DNA of 64,000 bases from Blastocystis sp. Blastoise (taxonomy: Eukaryota > Protista > Bigyra: Opalinata), in contig JBBPEB010000015.1 of the NCBI GenBank assembly GCA_039096225.1, positions 868,001-932,000 of the forward strand, in the 5' to 3' direction. Every line of letters begins with the position of its first letter. Position 1 is the first letter of the stretch. Made by a program: the position numbers and the translations under genes. Under the pieces are notes generated by a model that ran no database searches, was not told where the DNA came from, and saw only the letters and a list, made by a program, of their open reading frames with translations. Shown piece by piece: positions 17,513 to 30,742 of this stretch.

Positions 17513-18696
17513 ATGAATCCATCAGTAGACAGTATATTCGCTTATCTGATATTCTAATAAATATATCTAGGTAACTTTAATGCTCTTGTTTTTGAACTCG
17601 GTTCATATGAATGTAAATTTGGATATGCTGGAGACGATGTTCCACAATCAATTATAGCCAGTAATTCCGTTCAATATACAGACAAATCGAGATCGAATAA
17701 AGAAGCTACAAAGAAAACTATAGTTGGTGAAGCAACTCCATGGAGATATCTAGATTCTGAGGTTTCAAGAGTCGTTATCAATGGAAATATATCCAACTGG
17801 AGTGCTATGCAGTCAATTATGTCATTTGCTCTTGAAGATTGGATGGTTGTTGAAACTAAGGATTATCCTATGCTTATTGCAGACTCACCATTCACTTCAA
17901 CTGAATCCAGAGAAAAGTATATAGAAGAAATTTTTTTATTATTGTTCTATATGTATTTTTATCTATATATATATATATGTATATAGAATGGCCCAATTAG
18001 TATTTGAGACATATCATTCTCCTGCTTTACTAATGTACAGAGATGCAGCACTCACGTGTTTTGCACGTGGAAAAGGAGGAGGTCTTGTAATAGATATGGG
18101 AGAAGATACAACAAGGTTTGCTTTTAGATTCTATAATTTTGTTTTTATTATTATTATTATTTTGTTTTTATTATTTTTTTATTATTATTTTTTTATTATT
18201 TTTATCTATATATATATAGTATATATAAAATGCTTTTCATATATAGAGTAGTCCCTGTTATTGATGGTTTCGCTTTATCAGAAGGAATTCAAACACATAC
18301 GCTTGCAGGAAAGCGATTAAATACATTATATTATAATTATTTAGCTTCTATCGGTGAAAAAGTTAATTTCCCACGGGGGATCGTATGTTCTATGTTGTTT
18401 TTATTATTATACATTTGCTTATTCTATTTATTATATTATTATGTTATACTTTTTCTTATTAATTTATTAGACTTATTATAATGTTTATTTTTATTATTAT
18501 TACATTCTATATTCTTTATATTATAATTCTTAACTATAGACTCAATTATCTACATCATGTCAAAATTATTATTATGAATTCTGTGGGAGACAAATGAAAG
18601 AACAAATGTATATAGAATTATAAGATAACTTTAATATAAATATAGAATATATAAATGATATATTCTCTATATTTTTAATAATTCAAGAATACTATG

Positions 18697-18755
<59 letters not shown>

Positions 18756-19001
18756 AGGAATAGTAGGGGAAAAGCCATTTGATGATAATGAAAAGAGAGC
18801 TATTGCGGCTGTTCCTTGTACTCTTCCTGATGGACACGAAGTATACATATATCCATTATTTATATTACTATTCTATTATCCATTATATATATATTATGGA
18901 ACTACTTGATTGATTAATATCTCCTTCTTTTAAATACATAATTTTTTATTTTTAAAAATATTATATTTTTCTATTTACTTTCATTCATATATATCTATAT
19001 A

Positions 19002-19072
<71 letters not shown>

Positions 19073-20074
19073 ATATATATATATAGATATCTATGAATTC
19101 AGAGCGTTATTCATATTCAGAGTATTTCTTCCATCCGATGCCTCTTGGAGATCCTTCTATTAAGCCATTAATGAACATGGTCAACGAAAGGTATATATAT
19201 ATTCTTTTATTATATATTCTTTATTGTTTCTATTAGTTATAAAATTGTTTTATTATTATGATCTTTGTGTATTTATAATTCTTATGAATATTCTTCTTCT
19301 TATAAATATATTCTGTTTTATCTCTTTATTTATTATATTCTATACCAAATAATATATATATATATATATTTTTACTACATTTCTAATAGTCTTATAAAAT
19401 GTGGAACAGAAGGAAAACGTGATTTATGGAATAATGTTCTCCTTGTTGGGGGATCTTCATGCTTAAAGGGAATGTCAGATCGATTTAAGACAGAACTCAG
19501 CTTATCACTCTCTAACGTATATTATTATTATGATTGTTTTCATAGATTCTTTTTTTTTTACTTTTATTAAAGAATATTCAATTATAAAGTTTAAGTTTTT
19601 ATGAAAGTTATATTTTTAAATATAAAGAATATATTTTATATATTCTTTATATTTTTAATATCTTCTTAAAATTTTTTATATTCTTTATATTTCTCTTTAT
19701 TTTATTATTCTTTATATTTCTATATATATCTTATTCTTTATATTTCTATATATATCTTATTCTTCTTCTGAATATACTATATAGAAAGCTAGAATGCTTC
19801 CTATTCCTGAGTCAGATAGACGTTTAAATACATTCTTAGGAGGATCAATCGTAGCTTCTTTACCTTCATTTAATGGTATATATATATTCTCTTTATAGTT
19901 ATATATAATCAAGTCTACTCTCAATGATTCTTATACTATTGTTATCAAATTATATATATACTAAGATATACACCAATTCTTTTAATTATTATTTATTCAT
20001 ATATAGAAATGTGGGTATCGAAACAAGAATATGAAGAACATGGAGGAAATATCATATTTAAAAAATGTTTATAA
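17513..20074 (+). CDS. ARP4: Actin-related protein, nuclear ARP4-like (spliced)
   Basis: [48 protein letters not shown] and [25 protein letters not shown]. Too divergent to be conventional actin; the subfamily call is inferred. Confidence 0.8.
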
Positions 20075-20433
20075 TAAATATATAATGAAAATTCTATTGA
20101 GTTGTTTGTTTTGTCATGATAATTATCATTTATATTCTATTTTATTATTTATATTGTTAACACTTGTAATAATAGAGTGATAAAAATATTTAATAACATT
20201 TAAATTCTATTGACTACTATTAAGCCTACTACATTCAAGATTTATTCGAAATTGTTCTATTGATAATAAAAACTAGAAATGATTGTAATATGAGGATTTT
20301 AGGATTTATTTAAAAAATAAAAAAGTTGTCAACAACAGTTATTGTCAATAATTATACTGTATTACTGTGAAATTCAAATAATAATTATATTTTTGTGCGA
20401 AAGATTGAATTTTAGTTATTTCTCTTCTTAAAC

Positions 20434-20467
<34 letters not shown>

Positions 20468-20717
20468 GTACTATTAAGACATATAAATAGATTAATAATA
20501 ATATTATTGAAATCAACTCAAATTATAGTTTCAATACATATAAATTAACTAAGAAAAAATCGTATACCATAAATAAATAGATATAATCATATTCTATATA
20601 CATTCAAATAGAATAAAAAAAAATATACATAAAAAAAGAAGATAATATATAAGCTATTAGAAAACACTTATATATATGAATAATCTATATACTAATATTA
20701 ATAACATAACTAGAGAA

Positions 20718-22262
20718 TTAGTTATCTCTTCCCCATACTTCGTAATCATTTATTACGATAGAATTCGTATTGTATCGGCTATTATACTTATCATAATTGC
20801 TAATATATTGATTATATCGGCGATTATAATTATTATCATAATCTCTAGGATACATAATTGGAATATTTATCATTGAGATTTTAGAGTTGTTATTAGACCT
20901 ACATCTGTCTGTTATCATAATTTGACCATTTCCAAAAGTAGGACCAGAAGAAGAACAACAATAAATACCTTTTTCGTTATCTTTAGATAAATCAATATAT
21001 TTGTTAGTAGAACCATTCTTATCCCTGAGTTGTACCACAAAATCAGTAGAATATGGCTTCCAATAACCATGTTGAGGTGATTCCCAATTTTGATTTGTAT
21101 ATCCAGCAATAATATATTTATCATGATTATAAGATGCTTTTATCAAAGTGACTGTTTCTCCTTTATTATCACAATATTTATGGAATTCACTAGCTGAATA
21201 ATCATGTTCACTTGCTCTATACAATAGTTTCCATTTCTTAATTTTACCAAGGTAAACTACCAAGTTTCGTTCCATTGAACACTTTTTTAATATAGTAGTT
21301 CCAACAAAGTATTGAAAAATATGTTTATCATTGTTTTTATCACTATCTACGCTGTCGTCACCAAATAAATCACGTATATCAAATTCCATTTTTTTAAGTC
21401 GAAAGTCATCAAATATTTGGTCATAATCTTCATCATCTGAATCTTCATATTCTATCACTTGATGAATATAATCACCATATTGATATTTCTTTTCAATATA
21501 TAAACTATTATCTACAGGATCAACATCAACAGAGCCATCATTATGATATTCATCAAGTAGTCTCATCCATTTGCCATTCCTTATTAAGAAACTCTTTATT
21601 ATATCATCTTTCTTACCATTAATAATTAAATCAACTTCATTTCCTTGATTATAGTTTCTTAGTATTTTACCTCTTCGCATACGACTAAAAGTCAAATCTT
21701 CAGGAAGAGGTAAATTACAAAACTCAAATAAATGTATCAATTCTAATTGTTCTTCGTATTCAAAAGTATCAAAATCAATTTCTTTATTATTTAAATAATC
21801 GAGAAAATAATAAGGTATAGCATCGTTACCATCATAACCAAGATATATAGCACCATCATTTGTTCTTAATTCTTCAGCAGATTGCTCATAAATATATGAA
21901 TAAGGAATTGATTCAATAACAGTTTTAGGTATTTGATGAATAACTCCATTATTCGTAAAACGAATAAAATCTATATTAGTATCAGATTCGGTAATAGTAG
22001 AATCATTCTTTGATACATCTACTTCATTATTTGCTTCATTTGTAGATTCCTTCATATAAGAAGAGTAATCAGCTTTTCTTTCAATGCAGTCATTACAAGT
22101 ATGCTTCATTGATTTACTGATTGAAGTTGTAGAGTGAGTGATAAAAGTGAATACTGATGAGAACACATTAACTACGTCTTTCAACATTTCTTCATACATA
22201 TCAATATCTTCTTTCACCTTATTCAACTTATTTATATCAAGAAGAACTTTTTCTTTCACCAT
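20718..22262 (-). CDS. Intronless protein with an N-terminal coiled coil, a BTB-like region and a C-terminal TLDc domain
   Basis: Single 514-aa ORF. TLDc motifs WKLLYRASEHDYSASEFHKYCDNKGETVTLIK, GYT..NW, GPTFG and DYEVW. Confidence 0.88.
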   Translation of the reverse strand: MVKEKVLLDINKLNKVKEDIDMYEEMLKDVVNVFSSVFTFITHSTTSISKSMKHTCNDCIERKADYSSYMKESTNEANNEVDVSKNDSTITESDTNIDFIRFTNNGVIHQIPKTVIESIPYSYIYEQSAEELRTNDGAIYLGYDGNDAIPYYFLDYLNNKEIDFDTFEYEEQLELIHLFEFCNLPLPEDLTFSRMRRGKILRNYNQGNEVDLIINGKKDDIIKSFLIRNGKWMRLLDEYHNDGSVDVDPVDNSLYIEKKYQYGDYIHQVIEYEDSDDEDYDQIFDDFRLKKMEFDIRDLFGDDSVDSDKNNDKHIFQYFVGTTILKKCSMERNLVVYLGKIKKWKLLYRASEHDYSASEFHKYCDNKGETVTLIKASYNHDKYIIAGYTNQNWESPQHGYWKPYSTDFVVQLRDKNGSTNKYIDLSKDNEKGIYCCSSSGPTFGNGQIMITDRCRSNNNSKISMINIPIMYPRDYDNNYNRRYNQYISNYDKYNSRYNTNSIVINDYEVWGRDN

Positions 22263-23184
22263 ATTGAAATTATATGTAAAAAAACATTTGAATCATTCTA
22301 GTTTCTCTTTTTAAAAGATTGTCAGATTGTTTTTTGATGGTTTAGAAGGTTTTACTATTTTTTCTCAAATGCAAAAGTGGTTTCTCATTAAGATATAACA
22401 ATAGAGAATATGATGTTTCTTCAAAGTTGGATATACTTATCAGATTTGTTCATTGAAATAATTTAATTCTCCATATGAACGTTCTTTATGGTTTATGAAT
22501 TAGATAAAGAAAGATTCAGTATACAATTAAACAAATCTCGTTGCTATCGTAATATGTAGTCATAATTGTCATTTATTTTTGATGTTTTTTTTTCTTTCTA
22601 AATGGATGACTGATATATAAATAGCTCTGTAAAGTATTAGAAGCATAAATTGTTTTCAAAAGTGTTTTTATTTTATAGAATCAACTTGAAAAATGAGATC
22701 CTTTCAATTATTTACATTCTTCATTTGACAAAGATTTTTGTATGATTATCAGTAGTTCATTAAAATTGCTTAAATATGATAGAACGCTTTTAATACGAAA
22801 AAACTAAAAGAGATGTTAAAAAAGCATGTAACTATCATAAATTGCTTATATTCTATCGAAAAACATTCGATTGTTTTATTTTTAATATAAAATAATATAT
22901 ATGTAAATATTTTATTCCAATAGAGGAGAATGGATAAAGAAATTTTTAAAAAAATTAAAAAATATAGAACACACAAATAGATCATTATTATCATTATATA
23001 TAGCAAATATCAATGAGTTCTTCTATAATTATGAACTTATAAATAAAACGCTATAATTGATTAAAAATATTGGAAAAATTGGAAAAAGAAAAAGATACTA
23101 GATACAGAAAAACAATAGTTGAAACACTAAAAAGCATATACAAAAGAATCAATACTATATATATAAAAAAATTGATCTAAATTA

Positions 23185-24037
23185 TTATTCTTTTGATATT
23201 AATTGCCAAATAGAATTCACGACATCGTATTTCATTTGATTTGAGGGATCAATTGATAATGGAATTACTGAATCTGACTTTGTTATTGTACCTGTAATCC
23301 TTTTGGTATTGTAATCCCATTTTATACCACTTATATTATAATACAAACTGAATAAGCTACTATATATAAAGAAAAATAAATAAGTGATATAATATCCCAA
23401 GATATATACATATAAATATAACAGAAATCAGTTTTTATATAATTTATAATAGAATGAGAATTATATACTTATCTTGTTGTTCTTTGGAAACCTTTTCGTC
23501 TTGTAAACTAGATTGCTTTTGCTTCGATTCTTGAATTTTTTGCTTTAAATCATTTATATTCATTTGTATATTCGTAAATATAAATTAAGAAACATATAAG
23601 AGAAGCACTGAAAAAAGAATTATCAAGAAATTATCAAAAGGATATTTTATTTCTTCTTTTTTATCTTCTATTCTACGCAAAACATACTGTCTTTCAATCT
23701 CAATACTTTTCAAATTTTCTTCATGAGTTTTATCTAACGACGATAATTCAAATTGTTGACGTCGAGATTCAATTTCTTCTTGCATACCTATAAATACATC
23801 ATTGTTATTATGCAATTTATGATTATAAAAAAAACAATAAAAAAACATAACAAATATACTTTGAATTTGTTGTTGAAGTTGGTTTTCTTCATTCTCATAT
23901 TGTTGCTTGATAGATCGAAGTGTAGTCAAGCATTCTCGCACTTTGTCTGGAATTGAAGAATCAAGAAGTAAATTGGTTAATGAATCAATTGTGTCTTCTG
24001 GGGCTCCATTATTAGCAATAGATATATCGTTACTCAT
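23185..24037 (-). CDS. SPC24: Kinetochore Ndc80-complex subunit Spc24-like (3 introns, one U12-type)
   Basis: Long coiled coil followed by SLYYNISGIKWDY...ITGTI...IPLSID...DVVNSIWQLI, matching the Spc24 C-terminal pattern. Confidence 0.75.
23574..23645 (-). other. U12-type (minor spliceosome) AT-AC intron, 72 nt
   Basis: Donor ATATCCTTT, branch-like TTTCTTAAT about 11 nt from the 3' end, and acceptor AC. Removal restores the coiled-coil frame (EEIK|NIQMNINDLKQKIQE). Confidence 0.85.
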
Positions 24038-24222
24038 AACCAAATATTAACTAAAATATATATATATGAATTTCAAAGAATACGTTAAAAGGAAGTAATT
24101 ATTTTTTAAAAATTTCATTTTCAGTTGTGACAAGTAAGTGATTTCCTTGCTGAAATATCAGATTTTTTTGATTCTTTTTAATCACTATATTTTAAATAAA
24201 TTGACATAAAAAAATTATTGAA

Positions 24223-25381
24223 ATGAACAAAGCAGATGCTGCAATGAGAATAGCAAAGAGAATAGCGAAAAGTGGATTATGTTCACGTCGTGATGCTGAG
24301 AAACTTATTTTAGATGGATGTGTTTCTGTAAATAACGTTATTATTGGGTCTCCAGCACTTAATGTGTCATTGAAAGATGTTATTAAAGTGAATGGAAATG
24401 TAATTGCTGACGTTATTCAGCCAAAAGTTATCTTAGCCTATAAGAAAGATGGTGAATTAGTAACAACAAAAGATGAGCAAAGTATGTTATCAATAAATAG
24501 CAGTATATACATATCTAGATCGACCAACAATCTTTGATCGTCTTAAAACTATTGGTGCTCCAAATCATATTATGTCTGTCGTATATAGTTGATTTTATTT
24601 TATTATATATATTTATATTTTCTTGTGTTTTTAAAGTTATATATCCTATTCTATATCAAGTATTTATTTTTATATATTGTTTTATAATAGGGTCAATTAG
24701 ATTATCATACAGAAGGTCTTTTGTTGCTTTGTAATGATGGAGATTATACAAGATTCTTAGAACATCCATCCAATCAAATCCCAAGGAGATATCGTGTTCG
24801 TGTACATGGAAATGTATGTATATATATATAAATGTTTTATAAACTAATTCTATTTATAATGATAATTTTACTGTCATAATAAACTATATATATATATTAT
24901 TAATATATAGGTGAATGAAAAGATACTTAATTATATTGAAAGAGGTACTATTGTTGATGGATACAAGTATATATAATAATTGATTACTTTTTCTGTATAA
25001 CTGTTCTATATATATATAATATATCTTGTAAAAGCATATTATATATATTATATATAGATATGATAATGTTAAAATACGAATAGATTCTCAACCAAGTTCA
25101 ATTTCTTGGCTTACTATGCAAATATATGAAGGAAAAGTAATATCTATATATATATATATAAATTCTTCTATTATTATTACTATTTTAAAATTAATAAATA
25201 TACTATATAGTATCATGAAATTAAGAAAATATTGAATTATTATGATATTGATGTTCTACGATTGATACGAACTGATTTCGGAGCTTATACGTTATCCAAT
25301 ATGAAATCAGGTGAATTCAGACAAGTTAAGACAATTCCTTTACAGTTTGTGCATAATATTCGTAGCTGGTCAAGTACATAG
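24223..25381 (+). CDS. RluB/RsuA-family pseudouridine synthase with S4 domain, probably organellar
   Basis: RIAKRIAKSGLCSRRDAEKLI (S4), YKKDGELVTTKD, GQLDYHTEGLLLLCNDG, PREYRVRV, EGKYHEIKK and RLIRTDFG. Confidence 0.9.
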
Positions 25382-25805
25382 AATCACAATTAAATACTTC
25401 TTTTTGTTCTTATTCATAAATTTGTGTTGTTTATTTATTTATATTTCTTTATTTGTTATAGGGGTTTTTATTTGATGTTTTTTTTTTAATTATTTGATTC
25501 CATTCATGTTTGTTAATGTTATTGTTGTTTTGTTATTCCTATTAAATTTTTTTTATATTTTATATATATTACAAATTTATTGTCGATCAATGGTTGAATA
25601 TTAAAGTCAACTTAAATAAAACATCTATTTCTAAAGTAATAATAAATGAGAGTAGAAACAAAACAATGTCTTAAACTATTCAATAAATAAACACTAATAT
25701 GAAAAAGAAAAGAAAGACATAAGTGTAACTTAGAAAAAGTGATGTAATAGACAAAAATAAGGTATATATGTAAGCCAATAATACAAAAAAATGTGAAAAG
25801 AAATA

Positions 25806-27272
25806 TTACTTTTTATCTAAAGAATTAAATAGCTGAATTCCTTCTTCTACATAAGCTAATAATTCTTTATTAATAGGATCATGTTCTAATAATTTCTGTT
25901 TTAAATCAATCAGATCTTTTCCCAAAGAATCAGGTAATAAAATAGGATTTTTAGTAGAATCTAATTTGATATTACGTTTTTTTAATTCTTGTTGAATCTT
26001 TTCATTGTTTTGTTTTGCTATTTTTTCAATTTCTTTTTTCTTATTTATAGGCAGAGGATTTGGTATGGTTGTAGGAACAGAAAGAGTAGGTAAAGAAGAT
26101 GAAGAAGCAGAATTATCTTGTGTTTCAGTTTCTTCAGGAATAGAAGGAAGCGAGGAAGGAATAATAAGTTCAGGTGATGCTGTCATTATTGTCTATATAT
26201 TATATAAATATAATAATTGAATATAATAATAATTGAATATAATAATAATTGAATATAATAATAATTGAATATAATTCTTATTAATTTATATGTTATTAAA
26301 CATATACTTGTTTCTTAGCAAGAGGAATATGTTGTGTTTTTAAAGTAAAATGACATTTTCCACATACTTCTATATATATATAAATACATTAAAAAAAATA
26401 TATAAATATATACAAATATATAAATATATATAAATATATATAAATATATAAATATATATAAATATATATAATAAATAAAAATATCTAAATATATATATAA
26501 TAAATAAAACAATATATATCATAATAGATAAATATACTAGAGCAAGAACAATTATTACATTGATCTGTAGTAATACAAACAATAGTATTTATAGGGAAGA
26601 AATAAGTTAATGTTGGAAATGAAATAAGAAATAAAAGTAATGCTTCTATTTTAAAATCAGTAAATAGAGATAAACATAGAGTAATAATAACCAAGAATGT
26701 ACGTATCGTATAACCCAATGCATTTGATAATTTAGAAGGTTTCCATGTTTTTTTATATTCATTAAAATGTTCACAAGTAATTGTTTTTTCTAATTGTTTA
26801 TTTATTTCATTCACAATGGGAACTTCTTTTTGAAGTATTTTTCCAGATTGACGATATATACATAGTAAACGAACCACAGCAAATTTACACTAAATAATTT
26901 ATATAATAAATAAGAATAATCTTTGATTTACTTGATCACAAACATCTTGTGAAAGGATGTTCATTAAGGAAACACGTATACTCTTGACAACATCAGGGAT
27001 CGAATCATATAATTTATTAAAATCATCAATATATAACGATTCTAAGCAGCTACAAATAAGAATTATGTAATAACATGATAAATCTTTTTGTTTTAAGTAA
27101 TCCATCATTATGAATAATGCCTCCATCTTCTCTGAGAATGAAAACTATATATCTAAAAGCATAGATTAATAATTCATACACCACCATTGTTGTTAATCTC
27201 ATTAAGGAATTGCTTCATTCCTTCAATCTGTGATTTTACATCACCCTTTCTGAAATCAATCAAGAACTTCAT
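25806..27272 (-). CDS. Hypothetical membrane protein (two TM helices, Cys-rich segment, low-complexity tail)
   Basis: Four GT-AG introns join the ORFs at 26899-27126, 26485-26877 and 25806-26186 in frame. No family recognised. Confidence 0.65.
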
Positions 27273-28082
27273 CCTATAAACGATTTAAATGACAACTCAA
27301 AAAATAAGTCTGTGAGAAAATTTCCTTGGTAATTGAACAAAACACACTTCAAAAACAATAATTATTCATTTTTGAATTGTGTTTACTTGTTTCTTTTTCT
27401 CATTCAAGAATACATGTTCACATGCATTTATGTAGTGACTGATATAGGATGGCAATACATATTGTAATTTATTTTTAAATTATAAATATCTCACCGATTG
27501 TAGTGATTAAAATGTGTTTTTCTTCTGTATTTCTTCTTTAAAGATTGAATAAATTTTCTGATATCACTTTAACTTACATATTCGAAATATATTTCTTTGA
27601 TTTAAAGAATAATAAGAATTTGATTCACTTGAAAACGGATCAGTATAAACAGCATAAAATTATATAGAGAAATTAAACATATAGAGCCAAGAATTTAACA
27701 TGTTTATAACAAGGCTTTTAGGTGAATTCACAATTAAGAATTTTATATTCATTTGATCACGAATCTAATGAATCTAGAGAATCATTTAGTGAAATAATCA
27801 AGTTAAACTATATACATAAAAGATAGTAATATGAGAAAAAACAACAAATCTTCGTTTAGTTTTTGTTGAAAAATTTGTTTTTTGAGAGACTTTTCGGAAT
27901 AATTTCACTGTTATTTCTCGGAAACCTGAACGAAATAAGCAAATCATTTTCTCTCGTAAAAAGAGCTGTTTCTTCACTTGTGGAGTACTAAATGTAGTTT
28001 TTTATTATTAGATATTTAGTGAGTTAACTCTTCTATTTCTCTATTAAAAGTCAGATAAATAGTTATTTAGATCAACACCAAT

Positions 28083-28331
28083 ATGGCCATTATCGAGCTG
28101 ATCACTGATGATTGCGAGGAAACAGAGATTTCTTCCGTAATGAACGAAAGTACATTCTTCCAAAGAAAAGAATACAGTCAAAGAACATATAATAGAAGGA
28201 CTAGTAATCAAGCGATGCACTTTAATCCTATGCAATTTAATGGTGAATATATTTCGGAGGGAATTATAATGAATAGTTCCGCGCCTTCTTACTTCGATTC
28301 TATAAATATCAACGAAGAACCATTATATTAA
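28083..28331 (+). CDS. Small intronless hypothetical protein (82 aa)
   Basis: ATG-to-TAA ORF with exon-like base composition, followed by T-rich 3'-UTR-like sequence. No recognised motif. Confidence 0.4.
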   Translation: MAIIELITDDCEETEISSVMNESTFFQRKEYSQRTYNRRTSNQAMHFNPMQFNGEYISEGIIMNSSAPSYFDSININEEPLY

Positions 28332-29040
28332 TGGTTTGTTTCTGCCATTTCCTGTCGTTATACTCATAATGATAGGTACATTTTATTTTATTTTTATAGT
28401 TTATGGAGTTTTTAAAACTCTATCCATTTTCTTTATTTTATATTATTTGTATTGTGCGTTTTTCTTGATCTGTGTTCATTGTTCTTACTCTTTCTATCTG
28501 AATTCAACTTTGTATTTTATATATATATGGTATACATGTATATTTTTTTTTGTATTTATAATTTTTATTCAAGTTATATTATATATATGATATATATACG
28601 ATTTCATCTATCTCTTTCTTTTTCTTTTCTTTGTATGTTATACTATTATTTGGTGCTTTCTTTTATTACTTGTTTTTATTTTGTATTTATAGTTTCCATC
28701 TAAGTGGCATTCTATTGTTTCTTTTTTTTTTTTTATTTATTTGTTTTTTTTTTAATATATATATATATTATAAAGAATAATTCAATTTTTATATATCTTA
28801 TAATGCTCTGCATATATTTATAATTCTTTATATATATATTCACTTTTTGTTTTGTTTTCGTTGTTTTGCTTATAGGTTTTCTTCAAGTTCGTTATTATTT
28901 TAGAAAGATTATTTTTGTACTACAAATTAACCATTCATTTTATTATTATATACATATATATCATCATCAAAAAAGGAAAAAAAGAAGAAATGGAAAAATG
29001 TGAAGAGTATATAATGAATAAAAAATATGACATATATAAA

Positions 29041-30742
29041 TTATTGTGACATAATATTAGTTACAGTCCAGATAGCATTGACTTTATCTTTTAAATTTTG
29101 AAATAATTCTAAGTATTTTTCTAATATAGTTTGAACATGATTGATATAATTTACTTCAAGTGGAAACTATATATAATCAATATATAAAATAATAAAATAT
29201 ATATTAATAGTATTCAATACTAAATAAATCACACATATAATTTATTTAATATATATATACTTCAAAGCAATCAATAACAGAATAATAAACACTATTAAAA
29301 CATATTTTATCTCCTAATTTGATTTTCCTTAAGAATTGTGCAGAGAAAGTTTGTGTTTGTGAAGGTAAGGATTCTGCTAATATATATCGATATATTAAAT
29401 GAGAATCACGAATATAAAATGTGACAAATATAATATAATGTGTTGACTTGATTTTATATTGTTGCTGTATCATAAAGTTAGATAATGGTAATATTTGGTC
29501 ATTAATAATTAATTCTGACCTCGCTTTATATAAATTACGAATAGTCTGTTTTAATATCTATATATATACATATATATTTGTAATATATATACAAAAAAAA
29601 GTCTAAAAAGAATAAAAATGTATCAAAATGAATATAAAGAAATAATAAAAATGTATATAAAGAAATAATAAAAATGTATATAAAGAAATAATAAAAATGA
29701 ATATTAATAGAAACATAATAATTGATGTAAAATATTCAATGAAAGTATTACTTTATAACTAAATAAACTTTAAACTATATATATATATATAATATACTTC
29801 AATAAGATTGACAATAGATCGATCTGATAAATTTCTTATAAGTGATTCAATAAGAATAAGGGATCTTAATATATAATTTTGAGAATTATGAAGTTGAAGA
29901 ATAGATATAGGATTTTGATCTGGAAGAGTAATTAGTTGTGGAGATTGTAAATTATGATGATTAATTAACTAGAAATATATAGTGAAGTCTAATTAAGTAG
30001 TAGTTATATATAATTTATCAGTTAATATATATAAATAATTCAGTTTAAAAATAAAAATAATAATTTATATATATACTTTAATATTGACATCAAAAAGTGA
30101 GGATCCCACTAAAACAACTTTTGAATGTTCAATATTATCATTGAGATCAAACTTTTCATATTCAAAACTGTTGTTAAAAGACGTTAGTTTCATCTCTTTA
30201 AGCATTGACTATTAGAGATAATCATATATATGAATAATAACTATATATATACATCATCAAATGTATCAGGAGTTGTAAAATACCGAGAACATTCACTTAA
30301 TTCCAACTATATATAAGAAAATCATTTGATAATAAGTAACATAATATTGCATAACATGTTTATTCTGTATATTAAATATATATACCAATGCATCTTTACA
30401 TAACAAAGGAAGAACATCACAAAAAATAGCATCACTTTCTTTTTTCTATGGAAATGAATGATTAAATATTGAAAAACAGTAGTTATAAAATACAATAGTC
30501 AAGATTTCTTCTGCTTTATATAAGGAATCATCATCAAAAGCCTTAATAAATGTATGTTTTTCTTTGGTTTGACTGTTTCTTACGCTTTTGTAATATGACT
30601 TAAGCTGTTTCTTTCGAAACATTTCCTCTTCATCAGTCAAATCAGGAAACATCGAGTTGATCATTTTCAACTCTCGATTCTCAGTAGTCTTCACAGGAGA
30701 TGTTACATCATCATCTACATCTTTTCCATTATTTTGTTGCAT
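29041..30742 (-). CDS. ROGDI: Rogdi / RAVE subunit 2-like protein (spliced)
   Basis: Segments ILQLHNSQNYILRSL, LKQTIRNLYKARSEL and the C-terminal LELFQNLKDKVNAI resemble recalled Rogdi motifs (LQQIQDARNH, LTRARNRL, CQQLKDKI). Confidence 0.6.
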
